A DNA stretch of 64,000 nucleotides, taken from Christensenella sp. UBA7588. GTDB lineage: Bacteria > Bacillota > Clostridia > Christensenellales > CAG-917. Where the stretch lies: contig DLKM01000001.1 in the NCBI GenBank assembly GCA_002478945.1, positions 81,385 through 145,384 of the forward strand. Reading direction: 5' to 3'. The notes beneath the pieces are model-generated. The model did no database searches and was not told where the DNA came from. It saw only the letters and a program-made list of their open reading frames with translations. Within the stretch, counting starts at the first letter, position 1, and each line of letters starts with the position of its first letter. Positions 9,305 to 19,071 of this stretch are shown piece after piece. The position numbers and the translations under genes were made by a program.

Positions 9305-9313
9305 GTATCTATC

Positions 9314-9343
9314 TTGACACCTGCTGTTAATTTATGTTAAAAT
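9314..9343 (+). promoter_or_regulatory. Sigma-A promoter of the island operon (extended -10)
   Basis: TTGACA (9314-9319), an 18-nt spacer ending in TGt, then TAAAAT (9338-9343). A GAGGTG RBS precedes the ATG at 9375. Confidence 0.6.
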
Positions 9344-9374
9344 GAGTTAAATCATTTTAATTCGAGGTGTATCG

Positions 9375-9566
9375 ATGACATTTGCCGAGAAAGTGAAATA
9401 TGTTAGAGGTGTTTTGCTCATAAGCCAAAAAGATCTTGCTAAAGAGTTGGGTGTGTCTAACGTAACAATCAATAGATGGGAAAACGGTGTTATCAACCCT
9501 TCATTTCTAACTGAGAAAAAGTTTGAAGCTTTTTGCAATGCTTGTGGAATTGAAATAAAGGAATAA
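9375..9566 (+). CDS. XRE-family helix-turn-helix transcriptional regulator
   Basis: 63 aa. ISQKDLAKELGVSNVTINRWENG is a classic HTH_3 signature. First gene of the operon. Confidence 0.85.
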   Translation: MTFAEKVKYVRGVLLISQKDLAKELGVSNVTINRWENGVINPSFLTEKKFEAFCNACGIEIKE

Positions 9567-9569
9567 CAT

Positions 9570-11285
9570 ATGTGGTGTGCAAATTGTAACAAAACTTCAT
9601 ATTCAGATGTCTGTGAAGTCTGTGGCGGCAAAACACAGCAAGACACGCCAATAGAATTGTATTGGTGTGATTCTTGTCGTGTTCCAATAATACGCGAGTT
9701 ATCAGACACTTCTCCGATGATTTGTCCGTCTTGCGGAAAGCCCATTCGTTACCTTGCAAAAGACTTAAGACCGGTTTTCCCTGAAGAACGGTTGTTACTT
9801 GAAGTTATAAAGGGCACTCCTCTTGCTTTTATAAATTCTTCGGTATGGGCATCTGGTAGTCGTTATTACATAGATGGGAAAATAGCAAATCTTTCTATTG
9901 AAACACTTAAAAAGATAGATGTAGAAAAAGTTGTAGAAACATTATCTCAGTATAAAGACAAAAATGATTATTCATTTTTCGATGAAAATATCAAAACTTT
10001 TATCGACTGCAATCGAGAAAGATTGGATTCAATAAAAAACGAAGCTACTTCGTTTGTTGTTGAGCAAGTGAAACGGTTTCCTAATCATAAATTGGTAATT
10101 TCTTTCTCAGGTGGAAAAGACTCAACCGTTGTGGCGGATATAGTAACAAGAGCATTGAGTGATCCGAGCATAGTTCATATATTTGGAGATACGACATTAG
10201 AATTTCCGACCACATATGAATATGTAAGCAGATTCCGCAAAAACAATCCGATGGCAATCGTAAAAACGGCTAAAAATAAAGAGCAAGACTTTTATTCCGT
10301 ATGCGATGAGATTGGCCCTCCGGCGAGAATGATGCGCTGGTGTTGCACTATGTTCAAAACCGGACCGATTACTAAAGTATTGAATTCTATGTTTAAGGAT
10401 TCAAAAATACTTACCTTTTATGGTATTCGTAAGCATGAGTCCGCCAGCCGTAGCAAATATGATAGAGTCGCTAACGGGGCAAATGTTAAAATACAAAAAC
10501 AAACCGTTGCTGCCCCTATTTTTTACTGGACCGATATTGAGGTGTGGCTTTATATGCTCGCTGAGGATGTCGATTTTAACGATGCCTATCGTTTAGGATA
10601 TGACCGCGTTGGTTGTTGGTGTTGCCCCAATAATACAATCCGTTCTCAGTTGTTGGCTAAAGTATATATGCCTGACAGGGCAAAAAAGTGGCGTGATTAT
10701 TTAATTGAATTCGCGAAACGTCTTGGTAAACCAGATCCTGAAGTGTACGTCGATGACGGTTTTTGGAAAGCAAGACAAGGTGGAAACGGATTGGCTGCAG
10801 CCGAAGACGTAAAAATCAGATATACCAACTGTACAGCGGAAGATCATGCAAAAATTTACAAACTAAACAAACCCATAACGGATGACTTTTACTATCTTTT
10901 TGTTCCATTTGGAAAAGTAAGCAAGGAGCTGGGACGAAAGCTTTTACATGAGGTTATGGTTTTGGATATTCGAACTAATGTACCAATTATGTCCATTCAA
11001 CCGTTTACTCAGAATGGATATGATTATGCTGTAAAGATTCGCACTATGAATGTCGCAGACCACGATGCGTTACAACGCATGGCGTCGTATCAAGTACGAA
11101 AATACAACGCTTGCAGACAGTGCCTGAAATGTGAATCTGTATGTCCTTATGGAGCAATTTCCATTTCCTTAGGGATTTATAAAATCGATGAAAATGTATG
11201 TAAACATTGTAAAAAATGCGTTACGCCAAAATATCTTGATGGCGGTTGCTTGATGGATAGGTTCTTAAAATCGAAAGAGGACTAA
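9570..11285 (+). CDS. PAPS-reductase-like PP-loop ATP pyrophosphatase (DndC/SspD-like) with N-terminal double zinc ribbon and C-terminal 4Fe-4S ferredoxin-type module
   Basis: PP-loop SFSGGKDSTVVADIV. Cys clusters RWCCTMF and GCWCCPNN. N-terminal CANC-x12-CEVC and CDSC-x18-CPSC. C-terminal CRQCLKCESVCP and CKHCKKC. Confidence 0.75.
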   Translation: MWCANCNKTSYSDVCEVCGGKTQQDTPIELYWCDSCRVPIIRELSDTSPMICPSCGKPIRYLAKDLRPVFPEERLLLEVIKGTPLAFINSSVWASGSRYYIDGKIANLSIETLKKIDVEKVVETLSQYKDKNDYSFFDENIKTFIDCNRERLDSIKNEATSFVVEQVKRFPNHKLVISFSGGKDSTVVADIVTRALSDPSIVHIFGDTTLEFPTTYEYVSRFRKNNPMAIVKTAKNKEQDFYSVCDEIGPPARMMRWCCTMFKTGPITKVLNSMFKDSKILTFYGIRKHESASRSKYDRVANGANVKIQKQTVAAPIFYWTDIEVWLYMLAEDVDFNDAYRLGYDRVGCWCCPNNTIRSQLLAKVYMPDRAKKWRDYLIEFAKRLGKPDPEVYVDDGFWKARQGGNGLAAAEDVKIRYTNCTAEDHAKIYKLNKPITDDFYYLFVPFGKVSKELGRKLLHEVMVLDIRTNVPIMSIQPFTQNGYDYAVKIRTMNVADHDALQRMASYQVRKYNACRQCLKCESVCPYGAISISLGIYKIDENVCKHCKKCVTPKYLDGGCLMDRFLKSKED

Positions 11286-11286
11286 T

Positions 11287-12174
11287 ATGAAGATAAGAGC
11301 TCATGAAACTTTTAGCATAAGAAAAGGCTGGATCCATAAGGGTGTTAAAAACATTCTTGTTTATCCGCGTTTATTTACTGATAAAAACATAAATCCATGT
11401 GATATTCTCGGAATAGGAACAAACATGGTAAAATCACTTAGATATTGGATGACCGCCGTCGGTATTATGGAAGAAGTATCCGAAGGTAATCAAAAAGTAC
11501 AAAAATTAACTCGTTTGGGTGAAATTATCGACGAGTATGATAAATATTACGAAGAAGACGGTACTAACTGGCTCCTTCACTATATGCTTGCAAAAAATGA
11601 GGAATTAGCAACAGCGTGGTATTGGTTCTTTAATATATTCAAAATCAATTCTTTCGACAAGCAGTTGTTTATAAGAGAACTATCTGAATTCTTAAATACA
11701 GAATACTATTATGATGGCTCGGAAAAAATGCTTGGCGATGAGTTTGACTGCATAATAAAAACTTATTGTTCAAAAGGCAAAGATGTATCTCCTGAAGATA
11801 TAAATGAATGTCCTTTAACAGACTTGCACTTGATTGAAGTATCTGACAATAAAGACTATAAAAAGCATACGCCAGATAGAGATGCGATACATCCGCTCAT
11901 AATTCTTGCAGTTATAAGTGAACAAGCCTATATTTCTAAGAAAAAAGAAGTTCTGATAACAGACTTGCTCAATAAAGAATGTAACGTTGGAAGAATATTT
12001 AACCTTGATAGAGCGACTTGTTTCTATTATCTTGAGCAACTACAAAAAGGTGGCTATCTCGAAATAGTAAGAACAGCAGGACTCGACGTTATTCAGTTGA
12101 AACAACAATATGATTTTTACGATATTATTGTTTCTTATTATCAAGCGATAAATGGGGTAAACATAAATGAGTAA
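11287..12174 (+). CDS. DUF4007-like protein (SspB-like candidate)
   Basis: 295 aa. The N-terminus HETFSIRKGWIHKG matches my memory of the DUF4007 signature (hETF..R.gWl.K). It lies between the PP-loop gene and the DUF499-like ATPase gene, as sspB does. The assignment is not verified by a search. Confidence 0.6.
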   Translation: MKIRAHETFSIRKGWIHKGVKNILVYPRLFTDKNINPCDILGIGTNMVKSLRYWMTAVGIMEEVSEGNQKVQKLTRLGEIIDEYDKYYEEDGTNWLLHYMLAKNEELATAWYWFFNIFKINSFDKQLFIRELSEFLNTEYYYDGSEKMLGDEFDCIIKTYCSKGKDVSPEDINECPLTDLHLIEVSDNKDYKKHTPDRDAIHPLIILAVISEQAYISKKKEVLITDLLNKECNVGRIFNLDRATCFYYLEQLQKGGYLEIVRTAGLDVIQLKQQYDFYDIIVSYYQAINGVNINE

Positions 12175-15100
12175 TTTGGGTAAAATCATATCCCCTATAG
12201 AGGGCTTTCAATACTCTGTTAATATCGCCTACGATATTTACGATGATAAGAAAATTAGAAGTTATATTCCTTCTAACAGTTCATTGCAAATTATCGAGGA
12301 TATTCTTGCGAGTACAGATAAGAAATCTACCGACCGCGCAAGGATTCTTACAGGTTCTTACGGAAAAGGTAAATCTCATTTAATTCTTTACATACTTGCT
12401 CTTTTGGCGGGCCGAGATAAGGCCTTGTTTTCTACTGCCATCGAAAAGGCAAAAATTGAAAACCCTGATTTGGCAAAGAATATTTGTGATTATTTAGATT
12501 CTAGGAAAAGACTTCTTCCTGTAATCGTTAATGCAAATAGCTTAGACATTAAGTCTACTTTGTTACAAAGCCTCAATTCAGCATTGCAACAAGCGAATCT
12601 TGCCAATATTATGCCATCAACATTCTTTGATGCTGCAGTTTCTAAAGTATTGGCGTGGAAAAATGATTTTCCGGAAACGTATAAATCATTTGAAAATAAA
12701 ATCGGACAAAGCGGTGAATCTTTTGTTTTAGCTCTTAAAGATTATGATCAAAGCCGGTATGAACTATTTGTTAGGATATATCCATCTCTCACATCCGGCA
12801 GCGAATTTAATCCTCTTGCCGGTTCAGATGTAATTAGTGTCTATGAAAGTGTTATTGACGAACTGAAACCTCTCGGATATAACGGCATTTTTGTTGTTTA
12901 TGATGAATTTGGTAAATTCCTTGAAGGAAGTGTAGATAAATCTTCCGCAATGGATATTAAACTGATTCAAGACTTTGCCGAAAAATGTAATCGCAGCGGG
13001 TTAAAGCAATTACACGTAATGCTTATTTCTCATAAAAGCATAGAGAACTACATTGGCAAACTGGATAAGAATAAAGTTGACGCTTGGAAAGCCGTATCAA
13101 ACAGATTCAAGTCTATTTCAATTAACAACGATGAATCTGAAATTTATGATATGGTCGCAACGGTTCTTAACAGAGATAAAAAACTCTTTGAAAAATACGT
13201 TGAACAGCATTCCGAGCAATTTGCAGCATTGAAAAAGGTAATAGAAAGAGATCATTCTTTTACGGCATTAAATGACGAAAATGTAGAAGATTTTGCTCTC
13301 AGATGTTATCCATTGCACCCGTATACACTTTTGTTGCTACCTAAAATCTCCGAACTCGTAGCACAAAACGAAAGAACAATTTTTACATTCCTTTCTTCTA
13401 CGGAACGTTATTCTGTGCCGTATTTTTTGCGTACAGAAAATTCGAGTTTTCCGATAATCGAACCTGATTACATCTATGATTACTTTGAAAAATTGTTAAA
13501 GGGTGAGCCTTATGGTAGTAATGTAAAAAAGCAATGGCAAATTACCACTGCGGCTCTATCAAAGTTAAAAGAATACGACAATCCTTTAGCTGAAAAAATT
13601 GTAAAAACAATCGCATTGATCTATTGTGTAAACGATTTTGAAATTATTCCGCCAAGTTGGGATATTATTTGCGAAATCTATTCCGTAAATTATCGCTGGG
13701 GCGATATAGAGGCTGCAAAAGAAACGCTTAAAAAGGCGCATCTTCTTATTGAATTGCTCTATAAACCCTATGTGCGTATTACGGAAGGTAGCGGCCATGA
13801 CGTTTTGGGGCTTATCCAACAAGAAGCTTATAAAATAGAGAACTCTACGAAAGCAAAAGATGTTTTCAATGATGTTTGCGAAATCAAATATCTATATCCG
13901 GTGCAATACAATGATGAAAATGAAGTCATTCGTTATTTTGACTTTCGTTTTATTGATTGCTTCGAATTGCAAAACATTCAAACTGAAGGCTTTGTTTTAG
14001 ATACAAAAGCCGATGGCGTTGTCTTTGCTGTTTTAGTTAGAACACCATCCGAATTAGAGAGTGCTATATCCCTTATCTCAAGCAATCATAATAAAAGAGC
14101 TGTATTTATATTGCCCAAAGATTGCTACGATAGCGATAGTATTGCTATAAACTACCAAGCAATACTTAGCTTAAAAAAACAGTATGAAGGTAAAGAGCTA
14201 GAACTTGTGGAAGAATTGAACTATATTTTGGAAGATAGACAGAATGTAGTAAACTCTTTTATTGATAACTCTTATGTAAGATTTGATAAAAATCTTTCCA
14301 ACGTTTATTTCTATGGTGTTAAGCAAGAAGTATACCGAAAAGCCCAGCTTTCTCAGTTGTTGTCAGGCATAATGTCGGTAATTTACTATCGTACTCCAAA
14401 AATTGTAAATGATTTAATAAACAAAAACCAAATTAGTGCCACAATTAAAAATGCAAGAAATAAGATATTGACGGCAATTCTTATGGGAAACTTCAAGAAA
14501 GATATGGGTCTTATTGGAAATGGACCTGAGCTTAATATTCTTAGAAGCGCATTAGTGATTCCCGGCGTATTTATCAATAGTGATGATGAGCCACATTTGG
14601 AAATCGAATGTGACGACAAGAAAATAAGACAGATTCTTGCTGAGATAAGAACTCATATTTTTCAATCATCGTTATCACGTCATAATAATCTCGGTGAATT
14701 GTATGATGTTCTAACTCTACCCGACTATGGATACGGTCTTAAAATGGGAGTTATTCCCATTTATATAGCGGTTGTTGTTTCTCAATACAAAGACCATATA
14801 ACTCTTTCCAAAAAAGGAAAAGAGTTGCCTTTATCCGCAAGCGTTTTGTGCGACATAGAGTATCAGCCGAATGACTATTCGCTTATTCTCGAACAATGGG
14901 ACGAACAAAAAGATATATATATCGCTAATCTGGAAGATATATTCTCTCAATTTGTTAATTCTTCGGACAAGATTAACGGCTCTTTCGTATACATTGTTAA
15001 GGCAATGCGCAGGTGGTATTTGCAATTAACAAAGTATGAGGTAGTCACTAAGAAAGTTTGCAATATAGATGGAACCATATCCGATATGAACACCAGTGTA

Positions 15101-15775
15101 ATTAAGTTTAGAAACGCCTTAAGCAGTCCTGAACTTAACTCTCACGAATTCCTGTTTGAACAGTTGTTTAAGATTTTTGGAAATAATGGCTATGAAAGGC
15201 TTATTTCTTCTTTACGCCGTGCATTCCAAGACATAAACACAACGTATAGGAATATCCATCTTAAACTTGCCAAGGAAATAAAAAATCTCTTTGGCGCAAA
15301 AGCAAGCGACAGTTTATCTTCGGTTATCGCTAATTTTTACGATGACCTTAAAGAAACGACAAAAGAACACTTGTTTAGCGGCAAAGCAAGCATGTTCTTG
15401 GATATTGCAAAGCATCCCAATAATGACGAATTTAAGTTGATTGAAACAATAGGCAGAGCATTGTTTAACCTTCGCATGAGTGATTTTACTGACGAAATTA
15501 TGTCTTGCTATATGGCAGAATTAGATAATGTCGTCAAAGAAATAAAGAAGTACGATGAAAAAATTGAAGATAATGGTGCGACTCAAGGCTATAAGATTAT
15601 GTATACTGACGAGAACGGATCGGAAGTTACAAAACAGTTTGATGCAACCGAATATACGGAAAAAGGACAATTTTTGTATAATGATATTACGTCTACACTT
15701 GAAGAATTTGGCGGTGCAATATCGAGTGATGAAAAAAGGCAAATTTTGTTTAGAATATTGAAAGAGTTAATATGA
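12167..15775 (+). CDS. Large P-loop ATPase, BrxC/PglY/SspC (DUF499)-like
   Basis: 1202 aa. Walker A LTGSYGKGKSHL and Walker B-like GIFVVYDEFGKF. Its size and N-terminal ATPase with a long helical C-terminus resemble the BrxC/SspC class. Overlaps the upstream gene by 8 nt and the downstream gene by 4 nt. Confidence 0.65.
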   Translation: MSNLGKIISPIEGFQYSVNIAYDIYDDKKIRSYIPSNSSLQIIEDILASTDKKSTDRARILTGSYGKGKSHLILYILALLAGRDKALFSTAIEKAKIENPDLAKNICDYLDSRKRLLPVIVNANSLDIKSTLLQSLNSALQQANLANIMPSTFFDAAVSKVLAWKNDFPETYKSFENKIGQSGESFVLALKDYDQSRYELFVRIYPSLTSGSEFNPLAGSDVISVYESVIDELKPLGYNGIFVVYDEFGKFLEGSVDKSSAMDIKLIQDFAEKCNRSGLKQLHVMLISHKSIENYIGKLDKNKVDAWKAVSNRFKSISINNDESEIYDMVATVLNRDKKLFEKYVEQHSEQFAALKKVIERDHSFTALNDENVEDFALRCYPLHPYTLLLLPKISELVAQNERTIFTFLSSTERYSVPYFLRTENSSFPIIEPDYIYDYFEKLLKGEPYGSNVKKQWQITTAALSKLKEYDNPLAEKIVKTIALIYCVNDFEIIPPSWDIICEIYSVNYRWGDIEAAKETLKKAHLLIELLYKPYVRITEGSGHDVLGLIQQEAYKIENSTKAKDVFNDVCEIKYLYPVQYNDENEVIRYFDFRFIDCFELQNIQTEGFVLDTKADGVVFAVLVRTPSELESAISLISSNHNKRAVFILPKDCYDSDSIAINYQAILSLKKQYEGKELELVEELNYILEDRQNVVNSFIDNSYVRFDKNLSNVYFYGVKQEVYRKAQLSQLLSGIMSVIYYRTPKIVNDLINKNQISATIKNARNKILTAILMGNFKKDMGLIGNGPELNILRSALVIPGVFINSDDEPHLEIECDDKKIRQILAEIRTHIFQSSLSRHNNLGELYDVLTLPDYGYGLKMGVIPIYIAVVVSQYKDHITLSKKGKELPLSASVLCDIEYQPNDYSLILEQWDEQKDIYIANLEDIFSQFVNSSDKINGSFVYIVKAMRRWYLQLTKYEVVTKKVCNIDGTISDMNTSVIKFRNALSSPELNSHEFLFEQLFKIFGNNGYERLISSLRRAFQDINTTYRNIHLKLAKEIKNLFGAKASDSLSSVIANFYDDLKETTKEHLFSGKASMFLDIAKHPNNDEFKLIETIGRALFNLRMSDFTDEIMSCYMAELDNVVKEIKKYDEKIEDNGATQGYKIMYTDENGSEVTKQFDATEYTEKGQFLYNDITSTLEEFGGAISSDEKRQILFRILKELI

Positions 15776-16920
15776 TGATCGGATATTTTGATAATGCGGC
15801 AACTACATATACAAAGCCCGATGGCATGTACGAATACATGGCTGATTTTATGGTGTCTAACGGGGCAAATGTGGGACGAGGTATATATAATTCTGCAGTA
15901 ACAAGCAGCAAAATTGTGACGGATACCCGCGAAAACCTATTATCTTTAGTTAATGCTCCCGAAAATAAAACAGTCGTGTTTACGCCATCGGCAACGATTG
16001 CTCTTAATACTATTATTTTTGGTATTGGGTTGACTGACGGAGACGTTGTTTATATTTCACATTTTGAGCATAACGCCGTTTTAAGACCGTTGTATGCGTT
16101 GCAAAAGCATATCAAAATAGAAATCAAATATATTCCGATGCAAAAAACTGATAGATACTCGTTTGATTTAGAACAGTTCAAAACAAATTTGGAGACAGAC
16201 AAACCGAAACTTGTTATTGCCTCACAAGTAAGTAATGTTTTAGGTATTGAAGCTCCCGTTGTAGAAATAGGAAAACTTGCAAAACTTAACAACTCAATTA
16301 TGATAGTAGATGCAGCGCAAGCATGTGGCGTGTCGGATTGTGATCTCCATTTTGTGGATTTTTACGTTTTTGCAGGACATAAAACACTGCTCGGTCCAAC
16401 TGGCATTGGTGGATTTATCTGCAATAAGAACACAAAATTAAAGCCATTCATATTTGGTGGCACTGGAATTGATTCTGCTAATCACGATATGCCTGATACT
16501 CTCCCAGAACGCTTTGAGGCCGGAACATTAAACCTATTGTCTATCGTGGGGTTGAATTATTCCGTTAAATGGTTGATAAATAACCGCGACTTTGCAACAA
16601 GAAAAGAAAATGAAAACTATGAACGATTATCTTCGGTGTTAAATACATTTTCATTTCTTGAAATTGAAACGCCTGTTGATAAATCAAAAAGTATCATCTC
16701 GTGCAAAGTAAACGGATTCACGTCGGATGAGTTTGGTCGGATTCTTGCAGAGCGGGGCATAGCTGTAAGAACAGGGTTGCACTGTGCTCCAATGGCACAC
16801 GAATATATCGGCTCTTTCCCTGAAGGTCTTGTTCGTTTTAGTATATCGTGCCTAACAAAAGATAACGATTTTGACAGGCTTACCGAAGTATTGTCGTCAT
16901 TAACAGAAGAACTAATATGA
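15772..16920 (+). CDS. Class V aminotransferase / cysteine desulfurase (DndA/SspA-like, SufS-type active site)
   Basis: FDNAATT start, PLP-lysine block FAGHKTLLGPTGIGG, catalytic Cys block VRTGLHCAPMAHEY. Confidence 0.85.
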   Translation: MMIGYFDNAATTYTKPDGMYEYMADFMVSNGANVGRGIYNSAVTSSKIVTDTRENLLSLVNAPENKTVVFTPSATIALNTIIFGIGLTDGDVVYISHFEHNAVLRPLYALQKHIKIEIKYIPMQKTDRYSFDLEQFKTNLETDKPKLVIASQVSNVLGIEAPVVEIGKLAKLNNSIMIVDAAQACGVSDCDLHFVDFYVFAGHKTLLGPTGIGGFICNKNTKLKPFIFGGTGIDSANHDMPDTLPERFEAGTLNLLSIVGLNYSVKWLINNRDFATRKENENYERLSSVLNTFSFLEIETPVDKSKSIISCKVNGFTSDEFGRILAERGIAVRTGLHCAPMAHEYIGSFPEGLVRFSISCLTKDNDFDRLTEVLSSLTEELI

Positions 16921-16932
16921 TGAGGAGGATAT

Positions 16933-19071
16933 ATGGCACTTAGCGATTTACACATTGCCAAGGAATACAGAAACTTAAAATGTGATGTGATAAATGACTT
17001 CTACGTTCCCATTTTAAGCAATGCTGTTATGTATAAAAGGGCTGTCGGATTCTTTAATTCTGCTGCTTTATATGAAATGGCAATAGGTTTAAGACACCTT
17101 GTCGAAAAACAAGGAAAAATGGAGCTTATTGTATCGCCAAGATTGACCGAAGAAGATATTCAGTCAATCCATTTGGGATATAAAACTCGCGAAGAAGTGA
17201 TAGAAAGAGCACTACTCCGCGACTTTTATGAGCCCAAAAATAAAACCGAATTCCGCAAACTAAACTTGCTTGCAAATCTCATAGCTGAAGGCGTTTTAGA
17301 TATCAAAGTCGCATTCAAAATCAATGCTAATTCAGCAGGCATATTCCATGAAAAAATAGGCATTGTTATTGACTCTGAAGGAAATAAAGTTGCATTTACT
17401 GGCTCAATGAATGAAACGTACTCTGGTTTATTGCAGAATTATGAGTCAATAGATGTATTTTGCAGTTGGCGCGATGAGGACTATGATAGAGTCAACATAA
17501 AAGAGAACGCCTTCGACAATTTATGGGAGAATTTGGATACTGCGATGGAAGTTATTCCTTTCCCTAAAGTCGCAATTGAAAGATTAAACTCATATAAGGT
17601 GGAAAAAACAGATATTATACTTGATGCTGCATCGCGAGATGAAGTTGGGGATAAAGTCGAATTCTTCCATATTCCATCTTCGATTCATTTGCATAAATAT
17701 CAGGATGATGCTATTGAAACTTGGCTTAGTAAAGGTGGAAGAGGTATTTTTGATATGGCAACCGGCACAGGGAAAACTTATACTGCATTGGGTGCTTTGT
17801 CAAAACTATCTGCTAAACTACAAAATCACTTAGCCGTTCTAATAATCTGCCCCTATCAACATTTGGTTGAGCAATGGGTTGACGATATAAAAGTTTTCGG
17901 AGTAAAACCTTTAATATGTTACTCAAGATATAATTGGAAGAAACAATTAAAGGATACTATTGAAGATTATAAAATGGGAATAATCAATAACTTTTGTGTT
18001 ATTACGACAAATTCTACATTTGTAACACCTTCAATGCAAAACGAAATTGCTAAGATGGATGGTGATTTTTGTTTAGTTGTCGATGAGGCCCATAATTTTG
18101 GAGCGAAAAAGCAATTAGCTTGTATGAGCGAAAAGTTCAATTATAGATTGGCTTTGTCCGCGACAATAAATAGGCATCATGACGAGTATGGAACACAACG
18201 TTTATTTGATTATTTTGGCGAAAAATGCATTGAATACACTCTTAAACAAGCCATAAATGAGAACAAATTGACTCCATACTACTATTATCCTGTCTTGGTT
18301 CCATTTACAGAGGATGAGTTGCACGAATACTGTGAAATAACAGATAAAGTCGCAAACATTTTAAAGAAAATACCTCATGGAGACGATTTGCCTCAATCTG
18401 CCGAGCGATTACTAATTAAACGGGCACGTATTATTGCAGGCGCAAAAGAAAAAGTAAATGCTCTAAATGAAGTTATACAAAAGTATAAAGACAAAAATCA
18501 TTTGTTAGTCTATTGTGGAGCTACCAAAGTTGAAAGCGAGTATTTATCTAATGACGATATAGATTCAGCTGAACAACGACAAATTGATGAGGTAACGTCA
18601 CTATTAGGAAACACGTTAAAAATGAAAGTCACGCAATTTACTTCTGCTGAAGATAGCAAACGTCGAGAACTTATCAAAAACGAATTTTCAAAAGGTGAAA
18701 TACAAGCTTTAGTTGCAATAAAATGTTTAGACGAGGGCATGAATATTCCTGGAATAGAAACGGCTTTTATCCTTGCAAGTAGTACCAACCCCAAAGAATA
18801 TATTCAAAGGCGTGGACGTGTTTTGAGGAAGGCACAAGGTAAAACTTACGCAACTATTTATGACTTTGTAACCCTTCCCCGCCCGTTAAATGAATACTCG
18901 TACCCAAGTTCAGTGCAAGCAGAGCTTTCGTTGGTAAAACGTGAAGTTGAAAGGATGAGAGATTTCCAAGAATTATCAGAGAATCCCTCAGATGTTACCG
19001 AGGTAATACGTCTGTTGACGGAAAAATACAATTTATACTTGATAGGAGATGAATATGAGCGAGTTGAATGA
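16933..19071 (+). CDS. PLD (HKD) nuclease domain fused to an SF2 DEAH-box (Res-type) helicase
   Basis: HKD-like FHEKIGIVIDSEGNKVAFTGSMN. Helicase motif I MATGTGKTYTA, motif II VVDEAHNFG, motif III LALSAT, motif VI QRRGRVLRK. Confidence 0.8.
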   Translation: MALSDLHIAKEYRNLKCDVINDFYVPILSNAVMYKRAVGFFNSAALYEMAIGLRHLVEKQGKMELIVSPRLTEEDIQSIHLGYKTREEVIERALLRDFYEPKNKTEFRKLNLLANLIAEGVLDIKVAFKINANSAGIFHEKIGIVIDSEGNKVAFTGSMNETYSGLLQNYESIDVFCSWRDEDYDRVNIKENAFDNLWENLDTAMEVIPFPKVAIERLNSYKVEKTDIILDAASRDEVGDKVEFFHIPSSIHLHKYQDDAIETWLSKGGRGIFDMATGTGKTYTALGALSKLSAKLQNHLAVLIICPYQHLVEQWVDDIKVFGVKPLICYSRYNWKKQLKDTIEDYKMGIINNFCVITTNSTFVTPSMQNEIAKMDGDFCLVVDEAHNFGAKKQLACMSEKFNYRLALSATINRHHDEYGTQRLFDYFGEKCIEYTLKQAINENKLTPYYYYPVLVPFTEDELHEYCEITDKVANILKKIPHGDDLPQSAERLLIKRARIIAGAKEKVNALNEVIQKYKDKNHLLVYCGATKVESEYLSNDDIDSAEQRQIDEVTSLLGNTLKMKVTQFTSAEDSKRRELIKNEFSKGEIQALVAIKCLDEGMNIPGIETAFILASSTNPKEYIQRRGRVLRKAQGKTYATIYDFVTLPRPLNEYSYPSSVQAELSLVKREVERMRDFQELSENPSDVTEVIRLLTEKYNLYLIGDEYERVE

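Noticed and set aside
9570-15775. BREX (type 4, BrxP/BrxC) interpretation of the PAPS-reductase plus large ATPase genes.
   Set aside because: No PglZ, BrxL/Lon, BrxA/B or PglX gene is in the island. The presence of a DUF4007-like gene and a cysteine desulfurase fits Ssp/Dnd chemistry better.
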